A DNA stretch of 64,000 nt from Pseudomonadota bacterium (GTDB taxonomy: Bacteria; Pseudomonadota; Gammaproteobacteria; Burkholderiales; UBA6910): contig JBMOQX010000072.1 in NCBI GenBank assembly GCA_049322755.1, forward strand, positions 14,662 to 78,661, given 5' to 3'. This document shows, in pieces, positions 36,197 to 45,632 of the stretch. The stretch's first letter is position 1. Each line of letters begins with the position of its first letter. Both the position numbers and the translations under genes were made by a program. A model generated the notes under the pieces. The model searched no databases and had not been told where the DNA came from. It saw only the letters and a list, made by a program, of their open reading frames with translations.

Positions 36197-37684
36197 ATGG
36201 AGCGACGGCTGGAGACGGCGGCCACCACGGACGGGCTCGCGCGGGTGGCGATCGAGCCGGTGTCGCGGGTCGAGGGACACGGCAAGGTGACGCTGCTGGT
36301 GGACGAGCAGCACCACGTGAAGCAGGCGCGCCTGCATATCGTCGAGTTCCGCGGCTTCGAGAAGTTCGTCCAGGGCCGGCCCTACTGGGAGGTGCCGGTG
36401 CTGGTGCAGCGGCTGTGCGGCATCTGCCCGGTGAGCCATCACCTGGCGGCGGCGAAGGCCATCGACCAGCTGGTGGGGGTGAAGGCGCTCACGCCGACGG
36501 CGGAGAAGGTCCGGCGGCTGCTGCACCTGGGACAGATCCTGCAGTCCCACGCGCTGCACTTCTTCTATCTCGCGTCGCCCGACCTGCTGTTCGGCTTCGG
36601 CGCCGACGTCGCCCAGCGCAACGTTATCGCGGTGGCGCAGGCCCATCCCGACGTGGCGCGCAAGGGCATCCTGCTGCGCAAGTACGGCCAGGAAGTGATC
36701 CGGGTGGTGGCGGGCAAACGCGTCCATGGCGCCTGCGCGGTGCCGGGCGGCGTCAACAAGAGCCTCACCGCGGCGGAGCGCGAGGCGCTGCTCGCGGACA
36801 TCGACGACATCGTTTTCTGGAGCCGCGAGGCGGTGGCCCTGGCGCGCGAACTGTTCGACGCCGACGCCGAGACCAATGCCCGCTTCGGCAGCTATCGCGC
36901 GGCGGCGCTCTCGCTGGTGCGCGCGGACGGCGGGCTGGACCTCTACCACGGCGGCCTGCGGGCCAGCGACGCCGACGGCAAGACGATTTTCGACCACGCC
37001 GACTACGGCCACTACTGGGACCACATCCGCGAGGTGGTGAAGCCGTGGTCGTACATGAAGTTCCCGTTCCTGCGCGCGCTGGGTCCGGACGCGGGCTGGT
37101 ACCGGGTGGGGCCGCTGGCGCGTTTGACCAACTGCGATTTCATCCCGACGCCGCTGGCCCACGGCGAGCGCCAGCGCTTCCTCGCGTACCACGGTGGTGC
37201 CGCGGCGCAGGCGACACTGGGCTATCACTGGGCGCGCATGATCGAGATGCTGCACGCCGCGGAGGGCATCCGCGATCTGCTGGCGGACCCGGACCTGCTG
37301 GGGACCGAGCTGGTGGCGAAGGGCGAGCGCGCGTTCCGCGGCGTGGGCGTGATCGAAGCGCCGCGCGGCACGCTCATCCACCATTACCGCATCGACGAGA
37401 ACGACCAGATCGTGCGCGCCAATCTGATCGTCTCCACCACCCACAACAACGACGCCATGAACGAGGCGGTGCGGCGCGTGGCCGAGGATTACCTGGACGG
37501 CCACGAGCTCACCGAGGCGCTGCTGAACCACATCGAGGTGGCGATCCGGGCGTTCGATCCCTGCCTGTCGTGCGCCACCCACGCGCTGGGCCAGATGCCG
37601 CTGCAGGTGGAGCTGGTGGGGCCCGGCGGTGCGCTCCTGCAGCGTGTGGTGCGGGACCGGGGCGGCGTGCGCGCGGTTCCGTGA
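36197..37684 (+). CDS. hoxH: [NiFe] hydrogenase large subunit HoxH
   Basis: N-terminal RLCGICPVSH and C-terminal DPCLSCATH Ni-binding motifs. AGGAGAGG RBS. Confidence 0.93.
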   Translation: MERRLETAATTDGLARVAIEPVSRVEGHGKVTLLVDEQHHVKQARLHIVEFRGFEKFVQGRPYWEVPVLVQRLCGICPVSHHLAAAKAIDQLVGVKALTPTAEKVRRLLHLGQILQSHALHFFYLASPDLLFGFGADVAQRNVIAVAQAHPDVARKGILLRKYGQEVIRVVAGKRVHGACAVPGGVNKSLTAAEREALLADIDDIVFWSREAVALARELFDADAETNARFGSYRAAALSLVRADGGLDLYHGGLRASDADGKTIFDHADYGHYWDHIREVVKPWSYMKFPFLRALGPDAGWYRVGPLARLTNCDFIPTPLAHGERQRFLAYHGGAAAQATLGYHWARMIEMLHAAEGIRDLLADPDLLGTELVAKGERAFRGVGVIEAPRGTLIHHYRIDENDQIVRANLIVSTTHNNDAMNEAVRRVAEDYLDGHELTEALLNHIEVAIRAFDPCLSCATHALGQMPLQVELVGPGGALLQRVVRDRGGVRAVP

Positions 37685-37686
37685 GC

Positions 37687-38175
37687 ATGCCGCGCGTCCT
37701 GCTGCTGGCTTGCGGCAATCCCAGCCGCGGCGACGACGCCATCGGCCCGCTGCTGGCGGAGCGGGCGGAAGCGCTGGCGGCGGCGCCGGGACTCGGCTGC
37801 GCGCTGGAGTGCCTTGTGGTGTTCCAGTTCCAGGTGGAGCACGCGCTCGACTTCCGCGGACGCCACCTCGTGCTGCTGGCGGATGCCAGCGCCGCCGCGC
37901 CGCCGCCGTTTCGCTTCCGGCGCGCGCGGCCCTATGCGCGGCCTGCCCACACCTCCCACGCCGCGGCGCCGGGGCTGCTGCTGGCGGCGTTCCGGCAGGT
38001 GGAAGGCCGGGACCCGCCGCCCGCGTTCGTGCTGGCCGTGCGCGGCGAGCGCTTCGATCTCGGCGCGGCGCTGTCGCCGGCCGGGGAACGCCATCTCGCG
38101 GCCGCGGCGGACTTCGTGGCCGGCTTGCTGCGCTCGCCGTTCCCGGCGGCCTGGGACGAGCGCGCCACGGACTGA
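37687..38175 (+). CDS. hoxW: hydrogenase maturation endopeptidase (HoxW/HycI family)
   Basis: LLLACGNPSRGDDAIGPLL N-terminal motif. Lies immediately after hoxH. Confidence 0.8.
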   Translation: MPRVLLLACGNPSRGDDAIGPLLAERAEALAAAPGLGCALECLVVFQFQVEHALDFRGRHLVLLADASAAAPPPFRFRRARPYARPAHTSHAAAPGLLLAAFRQVEGRDPPPAFVLAVRGERFDLGAALSPAGERHLAAAADFVAGLLRSPFPAAWDERATD

Positions 38176-38274
38176 CCGCCGCGTGGCCCGGCGCCGCCGC
38201 CGGTCCTGTTCCGCTTTACAACGCCGGATGACCCCGCTAGAAAGGAATCGCGGAAATCCTCGAGGAGCGGCGCA

Positions 38275-39150
38275 TTGAAGGCCCGGATACGGATCGCGGC
38301 GATTTGCCTGGCGTTGTCGGCAGCGGCGCCGTCGGTGCCCGCGGATGAAACGGTCACCGAGATCATTCCGCTGCGCTCGCGCACCGTGGACGAGGTACTG
38401 CCACTGGTGCGCCCGCTGGTGGCGCCCGAAGGCACGGTGAACGGCATCAGCGGCCAGCTCATCGTGCGGGCGACGCCGGCCAAGCTGGCGCAGCTGCGGC
38501 AGGTGCTGGACGCCATCGACAAGCCGGCGCGCCAGCTGGTCATCAGCGTCACCCAGGACGTGGACCTGGTGCGTCGCGAGCGCGAGGCGAGCTTCTCCGG
38601 CAGCGTCGGCGGGAGCGACGCGCGCGTCACCGTGCCGCCCGCGGGGCCGCGTCCGCGCGAAGGCGTGATCGTCCAGAGCGGCAGCGGCGACGATTTCGCG
38701 CGTGGCCAGGCGGTGGAGCGAAGCCGCGCGGAAACCGCCAGCGGCACCCAGCGGCTGCGGGTGCTGGAGGGCAACGAGGCTTTCGTCCAGGCGGGGCAAT
38801 CGCGGCCGGTGCGGGAGCGGCAGGTGATCGACACGCCCACTGGGAGGCGCGTCATCGAATCCACCCGCTACGTCGACGCCGGTACCGGCTTCTACGCGCG
38901 GCCCCGGATGAGTGGCGACCGGGTCACCGTCACCATCCGCACCGCCCGCGACCGCTTGACCGGCGACCGGCGCGGCAGCATCGAGACGCAGTCGGTGGAG
39001 ACCCGGGTGAGCGCGCGGCTGGGCGAGTGGATGGAAATCGGCGGCATCGCCGAACAGACGAGCCGGAGCTCGAGCAGCATCCTGCAGCGCGGGTCGGTCA
39101 CCGGCAGCGAGCAGCGGCGGGTGTTCCTCAAGGTGGAGGAGGCGCGCTGA
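38275..39150 (+). CDS. small secretin-like outer-membrane protein (secretin N-domain + short secretin-type C-region)
   Basis: Signal peptide MKARIRIAAICLALSAAAPSVPA. The N1-like domain is IPLRSRTVDEVLPLVRPLV...LIVRATPAKLAQLRQVLDAIDKP. The C-region is RLRVLEGNEAFVQAG... Confidence 0.6.
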   Translation: MKARIRIAAICLALSAAAPSVPADETVTEIIPLRSRTVDEVLPLVRPLVAPEGTVNGISGQLIVRATPAKLAQLRQVLDAIDKPARQLVISVTQDVDLVRREREASFSGSVGGSDARVTVPPAGPRPREGVIVQSGSGDDFARGQAVERSRAETASGTQRLRVLEGNEAFVQAGQSRPVRERQVIDTPTGRRVIESTRYVDAGTGFYARPRMSGDRVTVTIRTARDRLTGDRRGSIETQSVETRVSARLGEWMEIGGIAEQTSRSSSSILQRGSVTGSEQRRVFLKVEEAR

Positions 39151-39779
39151 CCGCGGCGCCGGGCCGGCCCGCCGCCCTGCACTGGGCGCTGCTGGCGGCG
39201 TTTCTGCTGATCCTGGCCTGGTCGGCGATCGGGCCGCGCGACCGCGTCATCTGGTGGCTGGAGGTGTTCCCCGCGATCGCGGGCGCGGTGATCCTGATCG
39301 CGACGTTCCGGCGCTTTCCCCTCACGCCGCTGCTCTACGTCCTGATCTTCCTGCACGCGGCGGTGCTGATGGTGGGCGGGCACTACACCTATGCCGAGAT
39401 GCCGCTGTTCAACTGGCTGCGCGACGAGTACGGGCTGGCGCGCAACTACTACGACCGCGTCGGGCACGTGTTCCAGGGCTTCGTGCCGGCCATGATCGCG
39501 CGCGAGATCCTGCTGCGGCGCTCGCCGCTTGATCCGGGCAAGTGGCTTTTCTTCATCGTCACCTGCATCGCGCTGGCGATCAGCGCCTTCTACGAGTTCA
39601 TCGAGTGGTGGGTGGCGATCACCTCGGAGGAAACGGCGGATGCCTTCCTCGCCACGCAGGGCGATGTCTGGGACACCCAGTGGGACATGTTCCTCGCGTT
39701 CCTCGGCGCGATCGCGGCGCAGCTAACGCTGGGGTGGCTGCAGGACCGGCAGCTGCGGGCGCTGGCGCACGGCAAATGA
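39027..39779 (+). CDS. yjdF: DUF2238 (YjdF-like) inner-membrane protein; start uncertain
   Basis: LILAWSAIGPRDRVIWWLEVFPAI...YDRVGHVFQGFVPAMI...FYEFIEWW pattern. The only ATG/GTG/TTG upstream of the conserved region is the GTG at 39027, which overlaps the previous gene by 124 nt. A CTG at 39147 overlaps the previous stop. Confidence 0.65.
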   Translation: MDGNRRHRRTDEPELEQHPAARVGHRQRAAAGVPQGGGGALTAAPGRPAALHWALLAAFLLILAWSAIGPRDRVIWWLEVFPAIAGAVILIATFRRFPLTPLLYVLIFLHAAVLMVGGHYTYAEMPLFNWLRDEYGLARNYYDRVGHVFQGFVPAMIAREILLRRSPLDPGKWLFFIVTCIALAISAFYEFIEWWVAITSEETADAFLATQGDVWDTQWDMFLAFLGAIAAQLTLGWLQDRQLRALAHGK

Positions 39780-39849
39780 GCCATGGGGTATGCGGAACGA
39801 TGGAGGCAAGCGCGGGCGCCGACCAGACTCCGCACATCGCCCATCGCCC

Positions 39850-40434
39850 TCATCGCCGCCGCCAGATCTGCCAGCGCTCCTTGCCCTGGAACACCGGAAT
39901 CGAGTCCGTCACCGCGCGGTCATCGATCAGTTCCAGGTCCGGGGCCAGCAGCGCGTCGAGTTCTGCCGGGGATGCACCGAAAGGCGGGCCGCGCTCGTTG
40001 TCGTCGAAGTAAAAATAACCCGCCAGCACGCCGCCCGGAGCGAGCAGCTCAGCCACCCGTGCTGCGTAGTCCGGCCACAGGCGCCGCGGCAGCGCGCACA
40101 GGAAGGCGCGCTCGTAGATCACCGGCCAGGGGGCGCCGGCGGCGTAATGAAAGAAGTCGGCCTCCACGGCGCAGGCCGCGAACGCCCCCAGGGTCTGCCG
40201 GGCCGCTGCCACCGCGGGCGCGCTGAAATCGATGGCGGTGACCGACCAGCCCAGCTGGACCAGGTGGCGCGCCTCGTAGGACGATCCGCAGCCGGGAATC
40301 AGCACCCGCCGCTCTCCGGCGTGGGTGGCGGCGAATCGCGCCAGGTTGTCGGGGACGCGCCCCGCATCCCAGGGCGTGACCCGGTTGCGATAGCGCGTGT
40401 CCCAGAAGTCCGGTCGTGAGCTGTCCTGTGCCAT
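39850..40434 (-). CDS. thiopurine S-methyltransferase (TPMT)-family SAM-dependent methyltransferase
   Basis: FWDTRYRNRVTPWD and VLIPGCGSSYEARHL (motif I). 194 aa. Confidence 0.8.
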   Translation of the reverse strand: MAQDSSRPDFWDTRYRNRVTPWDAGRVPDNLARFAATHAGERRVLIPGCGSSYEARHLVQLGWSVTAIDFSAPAVAAARQTLGAFAACAVEADFFHYAAGAPWPVIYERAFLCALPRRLWPDYAARVAELLAPGGVLAGYFYFDDNERGPPFGASPAELDALLAPDLELIDDRAVTDSIPVFQGKERWQIWRRR

Positions 40435-40531
40435 TACCGATCTTGATCAAGACCTTGCCGAGGGGGCGCCGGGTACGCGGTCTGTTATAGTAGCCGCTGG
40501 GGCAGGCCTTCGCGGCGCGCTCCCGCGCACG

Positions 40532-42472
40532 ATGATACGCAACCTCCACCGCCTGAGCTTCAAGGTCTCGGGGATCCTGATCGGATTCTCGGTGATCGCC
40601 ATCGCCGCCATCGGCATGACGCTGTACGTGTCGTGGAAGCTGCAGGGCGGCGCCGCCGCCATCAACGACATGGGCAGCGAGCGCATGCGCAGCTACCGCA
40701 TCGCCAACATCCTCTCGGAACTGGCGATCCCCGACGGCGACCGGCCGGCGGTGGCGGGGCGCGCACAGGCCGAGATCGACCGCTTCGAGCGCGTGCTGCA
40801 GGACCTCAAGCAGGGCGACCCCGGGCGCCCGCTGTTCGTGCCGACGACACCGGAGATCCGGGATCAGCTGGCCGAAATCGAGCGGCGTTGGCGCGAGCAG
40901 ATCCGACCGGCGGCCGAGGCGGTGCTGGCGGCGCCCGCCGGCCCCGTCCAGGAGGACCGCTTCCGGGACTTTCGCCACCAGGTGGACGAGTTCGTGGCCC
41001 TCATCGACGCGCTGGTGGGGGCGGTCGAGGCGCACAACTCGAAATACACGTCCCTCCTCGGGTCGCTGCAACTGGGGCTGATGGCGCTGGCGGTGGCCGG
41101 CGCCGTGAGTCTGATCTTTCTGGTGTTCCTGCTGGTGGTGCGACCGGTGCAGACGCTGCGCGAGGGCATGCAGCGCATGGAGCAGGAGGAATTCGGTGCC
41201 CGGGTTCCGGTGGAGACGCGGGACGAGTTCGGCGACCTGGCGCGGGGCTTCAACCGCATGGCCGACCACCTGGAGGGCCTCTACCGCACCCTGGAGGACC
41301 GGGTGAAGGCCAAGACCCGGCGGCTCGAGCAGAAGAACCGGGAGCTCTCCACGCTCTACGACGTCAGCACCTTTCTCAACACGCCCGCCACTACCGAGGA
41401 GCTTTGCCGCGGCTTCGTGCGGCGCCTGATCCGGGTGTTCGACGCCGGGGCCGGGTCGGTGCGGCTGGTGCATCCGGACAGCGGCGACATCCACATGTTC
41501 GTCAGCGAAGGGCTGGCCAAGGAGTTCGTCGAGGAGGAGCGCTGCCTCAAGGTGGGCGACTGCCTTTGCGGCGAGGCGGTGCGCGACGCCACGCCGATGG
41601 TTCGGGTCTTCCCGGCCCAGGCCCCGGACGCCGTGCTCTACCGCTGCCAGCGCATCGGCTTCGAGACCGTGTCGGTGTTCACCATCCGCGTGAAGAAGCA
41701 GCTGCTGGGGGTGTTCAACCTCTACTTCACCCGCAAGCATGAGTTCACCCACGAGGAGCGCCTGATGCTGGAGACGCTGGGCCAGCACCTGGGCATCGCC
41801 ATCGAGAACCAGCGGCTGCTGTCGCGGGAGCGCGAGATGGCGGTGTCGGAGGAGCGCAACCTGCTGGCGCAGGAACTGCACGACTCGATTGCGCAGTCGC
41901 TCGCGTTCCTCAACCTGCAGACCCAGATGCTGCAGGACGCGCTCAGGCGCCACGACGTGGCGGAATCGCTGGAGGGGCTGGCGCTGATCCGCGAGGGCAT
42001 CCAGGAAAGCTACGACGACGTGCGCGAGCTGCTGGTGCATTTCCGCACCCGCATCGGCCAGGCCGACATCGAGGCCGCGCTGCGCGCGGCGCTGGAGAAG
42101 TTCGAGGGGCAGACGGGCATCGCCACCCGGCTGGAGGTCCAGGGCACCGGCATTCCGCTGCCGCCGGAGGTCCAGATCCAGGTGCTGCACATCGTGCAGG
42201 AGGCCCTGTCCAACGTGCGCAAGCATGCCGGCGCCAGCAAGGTGGACGTGAGCCTGGCCTACGATCATGCCTATCGCTTCACGGTGCGCGATGACGGCCG
42301 CGGTTTCGATGCCGAGTTCCTGCGCGACCGCACCGACGCCCACGTCGGCCTCAAGATCATGCGCGAGCGCGCCCACCGCATCGGCGGCCGCCTCGATCTG
42401 CGCTCCCGCCCCGGCGCAGGCACCGAAGTCACCCTGACCCTTCCCATTGCGAGGGAGGAGGCGGCAGCGTGA
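40532..42472 (+). CDS. narX: nitrate/nitrite sensor histidine kinase NarX-type (PilJ-like sensor, HAMP, GAF, HisKA_3, HATPase)
   Basis: INDMGSERMRSYRI sensor region. HAMP (FGDLARGFNRMADHL). H-box LAQELHDSIAQSL. ATPase domain. Confidence 0.88.
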   Translation: MIRNLHRLSFKVSGILIGFSVIAIAAIGMTLYVSWKLQGGAAAINDMGSERMRSYRIANILSELAIPDGDRPAVAGRAQAEIDRFERVLQDLKQGDPGRPLFVPTTPEIRDQLAEIERRWREQIRPAAEAVLAAPAGPVQEDRFRDFRHQVDEFVALIDALVGAVEAHNSKYTSLLGSLQLGLMALAVAGAVSLIFLVFLLVVRPVQTLREGMQRMEQEEFGARVPVETRDEFGDLARGFNRMADHLEGLYRTLEDRVKAKTRRLEQKNRELSTLYDVSTFLNTPATTEELCRGFVRRLIRVFDAGAGSVRLVHPDSGDIHMFVSEGLAKEFVEEERCLKVGDCLCGEAVRDATPMVRVFPAQAPDAVLYRCQRIGFETVSVFTIRVKKQLLGVFNLYFTRKHEFTHEERLMLETLGQHLGIAIENQRLLSREREMAVSEERNLLAQELHDSIAQSLAFLNLQTQMLQDALRRHDVAESLEGLALIREGIQESYDDVRELLVHFRTRIGQADIEAALRAALEKFEGQTGIATRLEVQGTGIPLPPEVQIQVLHIVQEALSNVRKHAGASKVDVSLAYDHAYRFTVRDDGRGFDAEFLRDRTDAHVGLKIMRERAHRIGGRLDLRSRPGAGTEVTLTLPIAREEAAA

Positions 42473-42478
42473 GTCACC

Positions 42479-42991
42479 CAGCGAGGGGCCCCGGCCGCAG
42501 GCCGGGGATCGATGGCCAGACGAGCGCTGCCGGCCGCCGACGCGGGCCGGCTTGCCCCTCGATGATGGTGGAAGAGGCGGCAGCATGAGTCACCGAGCGA
42601 GGCGTCCGGCCCCTCTCTCCCGGCCTCTCCCCCCGAGGGGGAGAGGAGGCTGGCGGCACCCCTCTCCCTCGGGGAGAGGGGACGGGGCTTCGATGTACTC
42701 CACCACGCCCAGGCCACTCGTGGCTCCCCTCTCCGCCGGGGAGAGGGGTGGGGGTGAGGGCATGGGGATCGATGGTGAGAGCGCGCCGCAGCGTGGAGCA
42801 GGGACCCGCTTGCGGGATGCGACCGCGCAGGCGCGCGTGGAGCCCGCGGGGACTCCGGCGCGCGGCCGCCCGCTCCCGGGTCGCACCTCCCCGCTGCGCG
42901 GGCAGGCACTGCTCCGCCGTCCGCGGGCGAGCGCTGCCGGCCGCCGATGCGCGGCGGCTTGCGTCCCGACAATGACGGAGGGGGCGGCGGC
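42479..42991. repeat. 513-bp narX-narL spacer: duplicated copies of the narX/narL junction plus three REP-like hairpins
   Basis: gaggcggcagc(G/A)TGAGTCACC occurs at 42458-42478 and 42574-42594. gagcgctgccggccgccga occurs at 42522-42540 and 42929-42947. Hairpins of the form cccctctcc-N-ggagagggg lie at 42624-42646, 42659-42681 and 42726-42748. Confidence 0.8.
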
Positions 42992-43672
42992 ATGACCGGC
43001 AACGGGCCCATCCGTGTGCTCATCGTCGATGACCACGCGCTGTTCCGCAGCGGGGTGAAGGCGCTGCTGGCGCGCCAGGCCGGCATCGACGTGGTGGGGG
43101 AGGCGGGCGACGGCCTCGAGGGCGTGAAGCGCGCCAAGGCGTTGAAGCCGGACGTGGTGCTGCTGGACCTGCACATGCCCGGGATGTCGGGCCGGGAGGC
43201 GGTGCGGGTCATCCAGGACGAGGCGCCCGCCGCGCGGGTGCTGATGCTCACCGTCTCGGAAGACGCGGACGACCTGCTGGACACCCTCAAGGCCGGCGCC
43301 GCGGGTTACCTGCTGAAGAACATCGAGGCCGACTATCTGGTGGACAGCATCCGGCGTGCCGCCCGGGGCGAATCGGTGATGTCGCCGCAGATGACCGGCA
43401 AGCTGGTGAGCGGACTGAAGTCGCTCGCCCGCGGTGAAGCCGCCGCGGCGGCCGACGAGCGCGAGCGCCTGACGCCGCGCGAACGCGAAATCCTGGCGCA
43501 GCTCGCGCGCGGCGCCAGCAACAAGGAGATCGCCCGGGAGCTGGACCTGGCCGAGAGCACCGTGAAGATCCACGTCCAGCACATCCTGCGGAAACTCAAC
43601 CTCACCAGCCGGGTGCAGGCGGCGGTCTACGCCGTCGAGCAGGGGATGGCGCCCCGGTCCAGCGAAAGCTAG
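42992..43672 (+). CDS. narL: nitrate/nitrite response regulator NarL (REC + LuxR HTH)
   Basis: IRVLIVDDHALFRSG..., DLHMPGMSG, LTPREREILAQLARGASNKEIA. Confidence 0.92.
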   Translation: MTGNGPIRVLIVDDHALFRSGVKALLARQAGIDVVGEAGDGLEGVKRAKALKPDVVLLDLHMPGMSGREAVRVIQDEAPAARVLMLTVSEDADDLLDTLKAGAAGYLLKNIEADYLVDSIRRAARGESVMSPQMTGKLVSGLKSLARGEAAAAADERERLTPREREILAQLARGASNKEIARELDLAESTVKIHVQHILRKLNLTSRVQAAVYAVEQGMAPRSSES

Positions 43673-43727
43673 CCCCCGCGGCCGGGGCCTGCGCGCCGCG
43701 TCCGGCCGGCCCCGCCTTCCGGTCCTG

Positions 43728-44060
43728 CTATTTCTTTTTCTTCGCCGCGCCCATGACGTCGTGGGCCCAGCTCAGGGCCGCCACGACCTGCGGCATGCCG
43801 GCGGTCGAGAGCAGCAGCAGCAACGCATGCTCGATTTCCTTCGGCTTCACGCCGGCGGCGAGCGCCCGCCGCACGTGGCTGTGGACCGCGCCTTCCGAGC
43901 GCAGCGCTGCGGCCGCCGCCAGCTGCACCAGATGGCTGGTGCGCTCGTCCAGCGGACCCGCGGCGCGGACCGCGCTGCCCAGGCCCTCGAGGGCATCGAA
44001 TACGTCGGCGTGCTCCTTGCGCAGCTCGAGATAGAACTTGGGCGCCTTGTTCTTGGCCAT
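43728..44060 (-). CDS. carboxymuconolactone decarboxylase (AhpD-like fold) family protein
   Basis: 110-aa ORF. TSHLVQLAAAAALRSEGAVHSHVRRALAAGVKPKEIEHAL is the CMD-domain pattern. Confidence 0.75.
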   Translation of the reverse strand: MAKNKAPKFYLELRKEHADVFDALEGLGSAVRAAGPLDERTSHLVQLAAAAALRSEGAVHSHVRRALAAGVKPKEIEHALLLLLSTAGMPQVVAALSWAHDVMGAAKKKK

Positions 44061-44328
44061 CGTGATCTCCTCGGTCAGTTCCTGGTCATTGGCGGGAAAC
44101 CGATTGTAGTTCCATGACTTGGTAATCGCCTAGCTCCAAAGTAGTAGTTCCTTCGGGGGGCCGCCCGCGGCCCGCCCTCCGCCATTCGGCGATGGTCCAT
44201 CCGTCTTCTGCTTGCGCGTGGCGCTACCACTGCGGAATGGGTCGGTGCGCGCAGGCCGCGTAACGTTCGCTCAAGCCTTCGAGGACCCTCCACCCCCTGA
44301 AGGACAACGGCAAAAAAGGGAGAAGAGC

Positions 44329-45591
44329 ATGGCGACACAGACCCACAAGCAGATCTCGGTGCTCACCCTGAGCACCTTCGCCTTCACCACCTGCTTTGCG
44401 GTATGGGTGATGTTCTCGATCATCGGCATCCCCATCAAGCAGACGCTCAACCTCAACGAGACCCAGTTCGGCCTGCTGGCGGCCACCCCCATCCTCACCG
44501 GCTCGCTGATCCGCCTGCCGCTGGGCATGCTCACCGACAGGTTCGGCGGGCGCATCGTCTTCTTCCTGCTGATGCTCTCCACCGTGGCGCCCATCTGGCT
44601 CATCACCTACGCCACCGAGTTCTGGCACTTCCTGGTGCTGGGCCTGGCGGTGGGCGTGGCGGGCGGCTCGTTTTCGGTGGGCATCGCCTACGTCGCGCGC
44701 TGGTTCAGCAAGGCGCGGCAGGGGTTCGCGATGGGCATCTTCGGCGCCGGCAACGCCGGGGCTGCGGTGACCAAGTTCGTCGCGCCGACGCTGGTGGTGG
44801 CCTACGGCTGGCAGATGGTGCCGAGGGTCTACGCGGTGGCGATGCTGGTCACCGCCATCCTGTTCTGGATCTTCACCTACACCGACAAGAGCCATCACGT
44901 GCACGCGTCGGTGACCGTGAAGGACCAGCTCCAGGCGCTCAAGGATCCCAAGGTCTGGAAGCTGTGCCAGTACTACTCCATCGTCTTCGGCGGCTACGTC
45001 GCGCTCAGCCTGTGGATGACCAAGTACTACATCAACGAGTACGGCTTCGGCATCCAGACCGCGGCGTTGATGGCGGCGATCTTCGTGCTGCCCTCCGGCG
45101 TCATCCGCGCCGTCGGCGGTTGGCTGTCCGACCGCTACGGCGCGCACCCGGTGACGTGGTGGGTGCTGCTGGTGTCCTGGGTGTGCCTGTTCTTCATGTC
45201 CTATCCCCAGACCGAGATGGTGATCCAGACCATTCACGGCCCGCTGTCGCTGCACGTCGGGCTGAACCCCTGGGTGTTCACGGCGCTGCTGTTCGTCGTC
45301 GGCATCGGCTGGGGCTTCGGCAAGGCGTCGGTATTCAAGTACATCTCCGACGAGTACCCCCACAACATCGGCGTGATCTCCGGCATCGTCGGCCTGGCCG
45401 GCGGCATGGGCGGCTTCCTGCTGCCGATCATGTTCGGTGCGCTGGTGGACATCACCGGCGTGCGCTCGTCGGCCTTCATGCTGCTGTTCGGCGTCACGTT
45501 CATCTCGCTGATCTGGATGTACTGGACCGAGATCGTGCCCGAGCGCAGCCGGCGCCGGGTCAAGGAAGACGCCGCGCTGGCGCTCCAATAG
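44329..45591 (+). CDS. narK: MFS nitrate/nitrite transporter NarK (copy 1, ~420 aa)
   Basis: 12-TM MFS protein with GxxxDRFGGR and GAGNAGAAV nitrate-signature-like motifs. GGGAGAAG RBS. Confidence 0.9.
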   Translation: MATQTHKQISVLTLSTFAFTTCFAVWVMFSIIGIPIKQTLNLNETQFGLLAATPILTGSLIRLPLGMLTDRFGGRIVFFLLMLSTVAPIWLITYATEFWHFLVLGLAVGVAGGSFSVGIAYVARWFSKARQGFAMGIFGAGNAGAAVTKFVAPTLVVAYGWQMVPRVYAVAMLVTAILFWIFTYTDKSHHVHASVTVKDQLQALKDPKVWKLCQYYSIVFGGYVALSLWMTKYYINEYGFGIQTAALMAAIFVLPSGVIRAVGGWLSDRYGAHPVTWWVLLVSWVCLFFMSYPQTEMVIQTIHGPLSLHVGLNPWVFTALLFVVGIGWGFGKASVFKYISDEYPHNIGVISGIVGLAGGMGGFLLPIMFGALVDITGVRSSAFMLLFGVTFISLIWMYWTEIVPERSRRRVKEDAALALQ

Positions 45592-45632
45592 GGCCGCGCG
45601 CGACCCCCCGCAGCCACCCAAAGGAGAACGAA

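Noticed and set aside
42611-42760. Repeated cccctctcc...ggagagggg units considered as a possible CRISPR array.
   Set aside because: There are only three units. Each is an internal palindrome with variable short spacing. There are no regular repeat-spacer periodicity, no unique spacers of about 30 nt, and no cas genes. They fit REP/BIME-type elements.
42447-42995. 182-aa ORF filling the narX-narL spacer, with overlapping minus-strand ORFs at 42271-43290 and 42590-43582.
   Set aside because: The sequence is built from duplicated junction segments and palindromic REP-like hairpins. The translation is low-complexity (RGRGG/GERGGG) and is read equally 'well' on both strands.
44061-44328. Search for FNR/Dnr boxes or NarL heptamers upstream of narK1.
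   Set aside because: Only weak partial matches were found (for example TACCACT at about 44225), with no TTGAT-N4-ATCAA. Regulation of the nar promoter cannot be supported from sequence by eye.
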